This document shows, piece after piece, positions 52,259 through 59,701 of a DNA stretch of 59,701 bases; position 1 is the first letter of the stretch, and each line of letters begins with the position of its first letter. The DNA comes from Betaproteobacteria bacterium HGW-Betaproteobacteria-18 (GTDB lineage: Bacteria; Pseudomonadota; Gammaproteobacteria; Burkholderiales; Burkholderiaceae_C): contig PHCO01000001.1 of the NCBI GenBank assembly GCA_002842265.1, forward strand, positions 1 to 59,701. The letters are read 5' to 3'. The position numbers and the translations under genes are program-made. Below the pieces are notes generated by a model. It saw nothing but the letters and a program-made list of their open reading frames with translations. It was not told the DNA's origin and did no database searches.

Positions 52259-52406
52259 GGAGTGGCTTAGTGAAGGTATGGAATCTGCCGTGAAGGGGGA
52301 TGATTCGGCGCTAAGGACTTGTGATGGTTCAAGTCGCATCGGCTTTGCGCCTATGGCTCGAGCTGACCCTTGATGGGGGAGAGCGAGTGCGGTGAATTAT
52401 GACAGG

Positions 52407-52434
52407 AAAAAAAGCCCAACGAGGATGGCTGGGC
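52407..52434 (-). terminator. Intrinsic terminator after trxA, upstream of rho
   Basis: Minus strand GCCCAGC...GTTGGGC followed by T7. Confidence 0.65.
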
Positions 52435-52468
52435 CCAAGCAGATGCGTGGCAGCTGCAAAAAACAGGC

Positions 52469-52801
52469 TTATGCCAATTGCTGATCGATAAAAGCGGTGA
52501 GTTGTGCTTTGCTCATGGCGCCCACTTTGGTGGCAGCCAATTGGCCGTTTTTAAATATCATCAAAGTGGGAATGCCGCGAATGCCGAATTTGGCAGGAAT
52601 GTCGCGGTTCTCATCCACATTCATTTTGGCAATCTGCAATTTGCCTTCGTAAGCCGTCGATACTTCGTTCAGGATTGGGGCAATCATTTTGCATGGACCG
52701 CACCATTCGGCCCAGTAGTCCACCAACACGGGTACGCTGGCCTGCAACACGTCACTTTCGAACGATGCATCGGACACATGTTTGATCAGTTCACTGGCCA
52801 T
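52469..52801 (-). CDS. trxA: Thioredoxin
   Basis: [17 protein letters not shown]; trxA-rho synteny. Confidence 0.98.
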   Translation of the reverse strand: MASELIKHVSDASFESDVLQASVPVLVDYWAEWCGPCKMIAPILNEVSTAYEGKLQIAKMNVDENRDIPAKFGIRGIPTLMIFKNGQLAATKVGAMSKAQLTAFIDQQLA

Positions 52802-52976
52802 GATTTTTTCCTAAAAAGAGGTTTTGAAAAGATTACAGTGGAGAAATTGTGACAGAAACCAAAACAGGACACGTCGCACAGGTTCCAAATGCAGACGATT
52901 TAAGTGACCCGCGCAGGAATGTCCAGCGGCGATGAAGCCAGGTACAGCATTTGTTTTTTAAGAATTACCAAGGTCG

Positions 52977-54269
52977 ATGATGAAAAAAGTGGTGGTGATA
53001 GGAGCCGGTCCAGCCGGGTTGATGGCGGCTGATGTTTTGTCAAGCGCGGGCATCGCGGTGCAACTGTTTGATGCCATGCCCAGCATTGGCCGCAAATTTT
53101 TGCTGGCTGGCAAAGGTGGGCTGAATTTGACGCATTCCGAACCTGCCGACCTGTTTGCTTCGCGCTATGGGCAGCGCCGACAGCAAATTGAAGCCTTATT
53201 CAAGTCATTTGATGCCGCCAGCGTGCGTGCCTGGGCGGCTTCTTTGGGTATTGAGACGTTTGTGGGCAGTTCGGGGCGGGTTTTCCCCACCGACATGAAG
53301 GCTGCGCCGCTGTTGCGGGCCTGGCTGGCGCGTTTGCGTCACCCTACAAGTGGCCCGCCGGTGGCGTTTTTTATGCGGCATCGCTGGACGGGCTGGCACC
53401 AACCCGCGTCACAACCTGGCGACGATCGCGATATTGCATCGGCAACACCCCTCTGGTTGAACTTTGACACACCGCAGGGCCCGTTCAACGTGCAGGCTGA
53501 CGCGGTGGTGCTGGCACTGGGGGGCGGCAGTTGGTCGCGCCTTGGCTCCACCGGCGCCTGGGTGCCTTTGTTGCAGGCCAAAGGCGTGGCGGTGGCCCCC
53601 TTGCTGCCTGCCAATTGCGGCTTTGATGTGCAAAATGGCTGGAGCGCGCACTTTGCCAGCCGTTTCGCTGGCCATCCTTTCAAATCGGTGGCGATTGAGT
53701 TCACCAATGCGCAAGGTCACAAATTTGCCCGCAGGGGAGAATTTGTTGCCACGGCTACCGGGGTCGAGGGCAGTTTGATTTATGCGGCATCAAGTTGGCT
53801 GCGTGATGACATCCTGGCGCATGGTACGGCTACATTCCACCTGGATTTGTTACCCGGTATGCCGCTGGAGCGTGTGCTAACTCAAGCGCAACATCCACGC
53901 GGATCGCGTTCGCTGACCAGCCACCTCAAGAGCCGCTTGCATATTGAGGGCATCAAGGCGGCCATCCTTTATGAGTTATTGAGCAAAGAACAAATGGCTG
54001 ATCCCGTTCTGTTGGCTCAGGCAATCAAGGCTTTGCCCATCACTCTGGCGGCGGTTCGCCCCCTAGACGAAGCCATCAGCAGCGCCGGTGGCGTGCTGTT
54101 TGAGGCCATGACGGAGCAACTGATGCTGGAGTCTTTGCCTGGTGTGTTTTGTACCGGTGAAATGCTCGACTGGGAAGCGCCCACGGGCGGTTACTTGTTA
54201 ACAGCTTGCCTGGCCAGTGGTGTTGGCGCCGGGCAGGGTGTATTGGCGTTCCTGAGAAATAAGCTTTAA
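52977..54269 (+). CDS. HI0933/BaiN-like flavoprotein (NAD(P)/FAD-dependent oxidoreductase)
   Basis: GAGPAG, GRKFLLAGKGGLNLTH, GSSGRVFP, ALGGGSW, AISSAGGV, GEMLDWEAPTGGYLL. Confidence 0.9.
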   Translation: MMKKVVVIGAGPAGLMAADVLSSAGIAVQLFDAMPSIGRKFLLAGKGGLNLTHSEPADLFASRYGQRRQQIEALFKSFDAASVRAWAASLGIETFVGSSGRVFPTDMKAAPLLRAWLARLRHPTSGPPVAFFMRHRWTGWHQPASQPGDDRDIASATPLWLNFDTPQGPFNVQADAVVLALGGGSWSRLGSTGAWVPLLQAKGVAVAPLLPANCGFDVQNGWSAHFASRFAGHPFKSVAIEFTNAQGHKFARRGEFVATATGVEGSLIYAASSWLRDDILAHGTATFHLDLLPGMPLERVLTQAQHPRGSRSLTSHLKSRLHIEGIKAAILYELLSKEQMADPVLLAQAIKALPITLAAVRPLDEAISSAGGVLFEAMTEQLMLESLPGVFCTGEMLDWEAPTGGYLLTACLASGVGAGQGVLAFLRNKL

Positions 54270-54419
54270 AGCGGTTCATCTTGAATGCAAAATGCTCTAC
54301 TTTTATAGCTTTCGTTGAGCGCATCTAATTCACTGACAGGAGGCAATGACAGTCAGGGCCATGCAAGCTCAGCGTTCATAATTATAAATTCAGTTTTTTA
54401 AAATCACCGGAGACAGCCC

Positions 54420-56315
54420 ATGACCTCGTACGCCGAATTTCATCAACGTTCCCTCACCGACCGAGACGGCTTTTGGGGCGAACAAGCCCGGTTGGTGGAC
54501 TGGAAAGTCCAACCGCAGAAGATTTGTGACTACAGCAACCCGCCTTTTGCAAAATGGTTCGTGGGTGGCGTGACCAACCTGTGCCACAACGCGGTGGACC
54601 GGCATTTGAAAGACCGTGCTGATCAGGCGGCGCTGATATTTGTGTCCACCGAGACCAACCAGGAAAAGGTGTATTCCTTCCGTGAACTGCATGCCGAAGT
54701 GCAGCGCATGGCTGCAGTGCTGAAAGATTTGGGCGTGACCAAAGGCGACCGCGTGCTGATTTACATGCCCATGATTGCCGAAGCTGCCTTTGCCATGCTG
54801 GCTTGCGCGCGCATCGGCGCCATCCACTCGGTGGTGTTTGGTGGTTTTGCTTCCGGTTCTCTGGCTACCCGCATTGAAGATGCCGAACCAAGGGTCATCA
54901 TCAGTGCCGATGCGGGTTCACGTGGCGGCAAGGCGGTGGCTTATAAGCCGCTGCTGGACGAAGCCATTTCACTCTCAAAATACAAACCCGAATCCGTGTT
55001 GCTGGTGGATCGTGGTCTGGTGGCCATGAGTTTGGTCGCGGGGCGTGACAAGCTGTGGGGCGCATGGCGCGAAAAGAACCTCACCACCGTGGTGGAATGC
55101 GAATGGGTCGATGCCACGCATCCCAGTTACACGCTCTACACCAGCGGCACCACAGGCAAACCCAAAGGCGTCCAGCGTGATACCGGTGGCTATGCCGTGG
55201 CACTGGCCGCCAGCATGAAGCATATTTACGGTGGCAACGCTGGTGAAACTTATTTTTCCACCAGCGACATCGGATGGGTGGTAGGCCACAGCTACATCAT
55301 TTATGGGCCGTTGATCGCTGGCATGGCCACCATCATGTACGAAGGTTTGCCGACGCGTCCGGACGGAGGTATCTGGTGGAGTCTGGTCGAAAAATACAAG
55401 GTCACCGTGATGTTCAGTGCACCCACCGCGATTCGGGTGCTCAAAAAACAAGACCCTGCGCTGCTCACCAAATACGATCTGTCCAGTCTGCGTGCGCTGT
55501 TCCTGGCGGGCGAGCCGCTGGACGAGCCCACTGCGCAGTGGATCAGCGCTGGCCTGGGCAAGCCGATCATCGACAACTACTGGCAGACCGAAACCGGCTG
55601 GCCAATCCTGTCGCTGTGCAATGGTGTTGAAAAGGCTGTCAGCAAGTTTGGTTCACCGGGCAAGGCGGTTTATGGCTACAACGTCAAATTGCTGGACGAC
55701 CAGACGGGTGAGGAATTGGTTGGTCCGAACCAAAAAGGCGTGGTGGCGATCGAAGGTCCGCTGCCGCCGGGCTGTATGCAAACCGTCTGGCGTGATGATG
55801 AGCGCTTTGTCAACACCTACTGGAAGAGCGTGCCGGGCAAACTGGTGTACAGCACGTTTGATTGGGGTGTCCGTGATGCCGATGGCTACTACTTTATTTT
55901 GGGTCGCACTGACGACGTGATCAATGTCGCCGGGCACCGCTTGGGTACCCGTGAGATTGAAGAAAGTATCTCGGCGCACCCCAATGTTGCTGAAGTGGCG
56001 GTTGTTGGTGTGGCGGACCAGCTCAAAGGCCAGGTGGCGATGGCATTTGCCGTGGTCAAGGATGCCAGCCTGATTGCCGATGAGGCCAGCGCGCTCAAGA
56101 TGGAGGGCGAAATCATGAAAATTGTGGACAGGGATCTGGGCGCGGTGGCGCGGCCAGCCCGCGTCCGCTTCGTCACCGTGTTGCCCAAAACACGCAGCGG
56201 CAAGTGCCTGCGCCGCGCCATCACGGCGGTGTGCGAAGGCCGCGACCCCGGCGACCTGACCACCATGGACGACCCGGCTGCCTTGCAGCAGATCAAGGAT
56301 TTGATCAACTCCTGA
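54420..56315 (+). CDS. prpE: Propionate--CoA ligase
   Basis: NLCHNAVDRH, YTSGTTGKPKGVQRD, SDIGWVVGHSY, DNYWQTETG, GRTDDVINVAGHRLG, PKTRSGK. Confidence 0.93.
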   Translation: MTSYAEFHQRSLTDRDGFWGEQARLVDWKVQPQKICDYSNPPFAKWFVGGVTNLCHNAVDRHLKDRADQAALIFVSTETNQEKVYSFRELHAEVQRMAAVLKDLGVTKGDRVLIYMPMIAEAAFAMLACARIGAIHSVVFGGFASGSLATRIEDAEPRVIISADAGSRGGKAVAYKPLLDEAISLSKYKPESVLLVDRGLVAMSLVAGRDKLWGAWREKNLTTVVECEWVDATHPSYTLYTSGTTGKPKGVQRDTGGYAVALAASMKHIYGGNAGETYFSTSDIGWVVGHSYIIYGPLIAGMATIMYEGLPTRPDGGIWWSLVEKYKVTVMFSAPTAIRVLKKQDPALLTKYDLSSLRALFLAGEPLDEPTAQWISAGLGKPIIDNYWQTETGWPILSLCNGVEKAVSKFGSPGKAVYGYNVKLLDDQTGEELVGPNQKGVVAIEGPLPPGCMQTVWRDDERFVNTYWKSVPGKLVYSTFDWGVRDADGYYFILGRTDDVINVAGHRLGTREIEESISAHPNVAEVAVVGVADQLKGQVAMAFAVVKDASLIADEASALKMEGEIMKIVDRDLGAVARPARVRFVTVLPKTRSGKCLRRAITAVCEGRDPGDLTTMDDPAALQQIKDLINS

Positions 56316-56401
56316 TCAGGGTCAATATTTCCTTGTAAGGATTGTGCTGCTTTTCGGTGGCACAATCCTTTCTTGCATCAGGCCCTTCCAACGCCACTGT
56401 C

Positions 56402-56455
56402 GCATCCGCCAAACGGTCAAGCCGTGACGCGGGAGGTTAATCAACCATCAGCTTT
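56402..56455 (+). ncRNA. sucA RNA motif (cis-regulatory candidate)
   Basis: CATCCGC...CGGTCAAGCCGTG.CGCGG.AGGTT...AACC in the sucA 5' UTR; matches my recollection of the Burkholderiales sucA motif. Confidence 0.75.
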
Positions 56456-56498
56456 AACCAGCCAAAGTTTCCCCAAGGGAAATGAAAGTCAGCGAAAC

Positions 56499-59366
56499 AT
56501 GAGTGAGACCAACACGGTTTATCAAGCCTACCAGGCGAACACCTATCTTTTTGGTGGCAACGCCCCGTATGTCGAGGAGATGTACGAAAACTACCTGGCC
56601 AACCCTGGCAGCGTGCCAGACACCTGGCGCGACTACTTTGATGCCCTGCAACATGTGCCCGCCGTAGATGGCAGCAACGCCAAAGACGTGCCGCACCAGC
56701 CTGTCATTGACGCTTTTGCGCAGCGCGCCAAAGCCGGTGGCACCAAAGTGGTGGTGGCCAGCGTGGATGCCGAGATGGGTCGCAAGCGCACTGCTGCGCA
56801 GCAGCTGATTGCTGCGTACCGCAATGTGGGTGCCAGCTGGGCTGACCTTGACCCCCTGAAACGCACCGAGCGCCCCAACATCCCCGAGCTTGACCCTGCG
56901 TTCTACGGCTTCAATGATGCCGACTTTGAGACCGTGTTTGACACCAGCAACACGTTTTTCGGCAAAGACAAAATGCCACTGCGCGAGTTGCTCAACGCGC
57001 TGCGCGAAACCTACTGCGGCACGGTGGGTGCCGAATATCAGTACCTGACTGACCAGACGCAAAAGCGCTGGTGGCAGCAAAAGCTGGAAAGCGTGCGCAG
57101 CAAGCCAAGCTTTACCGCCGAGCAGAAAAAGCACATCCTGGACCGCCTGACGGCTGCTGAAGGCCTGGAGCGTTTTCTGCACACCAAGTATGTGGGCCAG
57201 AAGCGCTTTTCACTCGAAGGTGGCGAGAGCTTTATTGCCGCCATGGATCAACTGATTCAGCAAGCGGGCAGCTTGGGCGTGCAGGAAATCGTGATTGGCA
57301 TGGCCCACCGTGGCCGCCTGAACGTGCTGGTCAACACACTGGGTAAATTGCCTGCGGGCTTGTTTGCCGAGTTTGACCACACGGCCCCCGAAGACCTGCC
57401 CGCTGGTGACGTGAAATACCACCAGGGTTTCAGCTCGGACGTGACCACTCCTGGCGGTCCGGTGCATTTGAGCCTGGCGTTCAACCCATCCCACCTTGAA
57501 ATTGTCAACCCGGTGGTGGAAGGTTCGGTGCGCGCCCGCATGGACCGCCGTGCTGACCCGACGGGTCGCCAGGTGTTGCCCGTGCTGGTACACGGTGATG
57601 CTGCCTTTGCCGGCCAGGGTGTCAACCAGGAAACCCTGGCGCTGGCGCAAACCCGCGGCTATACCACCGCAGGCACGGTACACATCATCATCAACAACCA
57701 GATCGGTTTCACCACCTCTGACCCACGTGACTACCGCTCTACGCTGTACTGCACTGACATCGTCAAGGGTATCGAGGCACCGGTGATGCACGTCAATGGC
57801 GACGATCCTGAGGCCGTGGTCCTGGCCATGCAGTGGGCATTGGAATACCGCATGGAGTTTCGCAAAGACGTGGTGCTGGACATCATTTGCTTCCGCAAAC
57901 TCGGACATAACGAGCAGGACACCCCCGCGTTGACCCAGCCGCTGATGTACAAGAAAATTGCACAGCACCCAGGCACCCGCAAACTCTACGCCGACAAGCT
58001 GAGCGCACAGGGCATGGGGGCCACCTTGGGTGACGATATGTTCAAGGCATTCCGCGCTGCAATGGACGCGGGCAAGCACACGGTAGATCCGGTGCTGACC
58101 AACTTCAAGAGCAAGTACGCGGTGGACTGGTCGCCGTTTCTCGGCAAAAAGTGGACGGATGCCGGTGACACCTCGATTCCCATGTCAGAGTGGAAACGCC
58201 TGGCCGAGAAAATCACCACGCTGCCTGCCAGCCTGACACCGCATCCACTGGTGAAAAAGGTGTACGACGACCGTGCGGCCATGGGCCGTGGCGATCTCCC
58301 GGTGGACTGGGGCATGGGCGAGCACATGGCTTTTGCTTCATTGGTGGCCAGCGGTTACCCGGTGCGCCTGTCGGGTGAGGACTGCGGTCGTGGCACGTTC
58401 ACCCACCGTCACGCCGTCATTCACGACCAAAACCGTGAAAAGTGGGATATTGGCACCTATGTGCCGCTGCAGAATGTGGCTGAAAACCAGTCTCCTTTTG
58501 TCGTGATTGACTCCATACTGTCTGAAGAAGCGGTGCTGGGTTTTGAGTACGGCTACGCGTCGAATGACCCGAACACGCTGGTCATCTGGGAAGCCCAGTT
58601 TGGCGACTTTGCCAATGGTGCCCAGGTGGTGATTGATCAGTTCATCGCGTCTGGTGAAGTCAAATGGGGCCGCGTCAATGGTTTGACCATGATGCTGCCG
58701 CACGGCTATGAAGGCCAGGGCCCCGAGCACTCCTCAGCCCGGGTCGAACGCTTCATGCAACTCGCTGCTGATACCAACATGCAACTGGTGCAACCGACCA
58801 CGGCCAGCCAGATATTCCACGTGTTGCGCCGCCAAATGGTGCGCAACCTGCGCAAGCCCTTGGTGATCTTCACACCCAAGTCGCTGCTGCGTCATAAAGA
58901 CGCTGCATCGCCCTTGGCCGAATTCACCAAAGGCAGTTTCCAGACCATCATTCCTGACCAGAAGACGCTCAAGGGCGACAGGGTCAAGCGTGTGATCACC
59001 TGTTCTGGCAAGGTGTATTACGACCTGGCCAAAAAGCGCGAAGAAAAAGGTGCCGAGGACGTGGCAATTGTTCGGGTGGAGCAACTCTACCCGTTCCCGC
59101 ACAAGGCATTTGCCACAGAGCTCAAAAAATACCCCAACGCCACCGAGGTGGTGTGGGCGCAGGATGAGCCGCAAAATCAGGGTGCCTGGTTCTTTGTGCA
59201 GCACTACATTTTTGAGAACATGCTTGAAGGTCAAAAGCTCGGGTATTCCGGCCGTGCCGCATCTGCTTCACCTGCTGTGGGTTATGCCCACTTGCACCAG
59301 GAGCAGCAAAAGGCGCTGGTGGAGGGTGCGTTTGGCAAGCTTAAAGGTTTCGTTTTAACCAAGTAA
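56499..59366 (+). CDS. sucA: 2-oxoglutarate dehydrogenase E1 component
   Basis: KRFSLEG, GMAHRGRLN, GDVKYH, NPSHLE, HGDAAFAGQG, WEAQFGDFANGAQ, GQGPEHSS. Confidence 0.99.
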   Translation: MSETNTVYQAYQANTYLFGGNAPYVEEMYENYLANPGSVPDTWRDYFDALQHVPAVDGSNAKDVPHQPVIDAFAQRAKAGGTKVVVASVDAEMGRKRTAAQQLIAAYRNVGASWADLDPLKRTERPNIPELDPAFYGFNDADFETVFDTSNTFFGKDKMPLRELLNALRETYCGTVGAEYQYLTDQTQKRWWQQKLESVRSKPSFTAEQKKHILDRLTAAEGLERFLHTKYVGQKRFSLEGGESFIAAMDQLIQQAGSLGVQEIVIGMAHRGRLNVLVNTLGKLPAGLFAEFDHTAPEDLPAGDVKYHQGFSSDVTTPGGPVHLSLAFNPSHLEIVNPVVEGSVRARMDRRADPTGRQVLPVLVHGDAAFAGQGVNQETLALAQTRGYTTAGTVHIIINNQIGFTTSDPRDYRSTLYCTDIVKGIEAPVMHVNGDDPEAVVLAMQWALEYRMEFRKDVVLDIICFRKLGHNEQDTPALTQPLMYKKIAQHPGTRKLYADKLSAQGMGATLGDDMFKAFRAAMDAGKHTVDPVLTNFKSKYAVDWSPFLGKKWTDAGDTSIPMSEWKRLAEKITTLPASLTPHPLVKKVYDDRAAMGRGDLPVDWGMGEHMAFASLVASGYPVRLSGEDCGRGTFTHRHAVIHDQNREKWDIGTYVPLQNVAENQSPFVVIDSILSEEAVLGFEYGYASNDPNTLVIWEAQFGDFANGAQVVIDQFIASGEVKWGRVNGLTMMLPHGYEGQGPEHSSARVERFMQLAADTNMQLVQPTTASQIFHVLRRQMVRNLRKPLVIFTPKSLLRHKDAASPLAEFTKGSFQTIIPDQKTLKGDRVKRVITCSGKVYYDLAKKREEKGAEDVAIVRVEQLYPFPHKAFATELKKYPNATEVVWAQDEPQNQGAWFFVQHYIFENMLEGQKLGYSGRAASASPAVGYAHLHQEQQKALVEGAFGKLKGFVLTK

Positions 59367-59453
59367 GGTCGCGAACCGAGCCACTAAAACCGCTTGCGAT
59401 GGGTGCGTCACCCGCCTCGCAAGTCCTCAAGAATATTTATTGAAAGAATTGTT

Positions 59454-59701
59454 ATGGCAATCGTAGAAGTCAAAGTCCCGCAACTCTCAGAATCCGTGGC
59501 TGAAGCCACCTTGTTGCAGTGGAAGAAAAAAGTGGGCGACGCTGTCGCTGTGGATGAAATCCTGATCGACGTCGAAACCGACAAGGTGGTGCTGGAAGTG
59601 CCAGCGCCATCGGCTGGTGTCATCGTTGAAATCGTGCAACCCGATGGCAGCACGGTGGCCGCCGATCAATTGATCGCACGCATTGACACCGAAGGTGTCG
59701 C
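59454..59701 (+). CDS. sucB: Dihydrolipoyllysine succinyltransferase E2 (5' part, truncated by the window end)
   Basis: MAIVEVKVPQLSESVAEAT...ETDKVVLEVP lipoyl domain immediately after sucA. Confidence 0.95.
   Translation, partial: MAIVEVKVPQLSESVAEATLLQWKKKVGDAVAVDEILIDVETDKVVLEVPAPSAGVIVEIVQPDGSTVAADQLIARIDTEGV

Noticed and set aside
56373-56498. N-terminal extension of SucA in the ORF track
   Set aside because: The region contains the sucA RNA motif; the conserved protein begins at ATG 56499.

Overview
This is a GC-rich betaproteobacterial chromosomal segment whose protein and gene-order style fits Comamonadaceae (Rhodoferax-like); the taxon is an inference. It is mostly core genome. Left to right: infC-rpmI-rplT-pheST-ihfA-merR-tRNA-Pro, dinG, an NlpC/P60 peptidase, acuI, a decayed iorB/iorA molybdoenzyme pair, uppP, an orphan Anbu protease, a foreign-looking Nudix gene, and gcvTHP under a tandem glycine riboswitch. 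Then come nfeD-slipin, a divergent FeoB, and a ~20 kb phosphate-starvation/polyphosphate cluster (ppx, CYTH-CHAD, olsA/olsB-like, sixA, phoX, ppk2 operon, pstSCAB-phoU-phoBR) with seven recognisable Pho boxes. The right end holds an ArnT-like gene, rpmE2, rho, trxA, prpE and sucA (with the sucA RNA motif), plus the start of sucB. I found no CRISPR array, integrase or transposase. The most unusual signals are: (1) a family of short palindromic CTGAGCYTGTCGAAG repeats, including a 24-nt unit inserted into another copy of itself and a 60-nt in-frame insertion inside gcvP; (2) a Pho-box-driven three-gene ppk2 operon with an uncharacterised small protein and a Lys-rich, probably ribbon-helix-helix protein; (3) a lone AT-richer Nudix gene inserted between gcvP and Anbu. 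All calls come from reading the sequence; no database searches were run.
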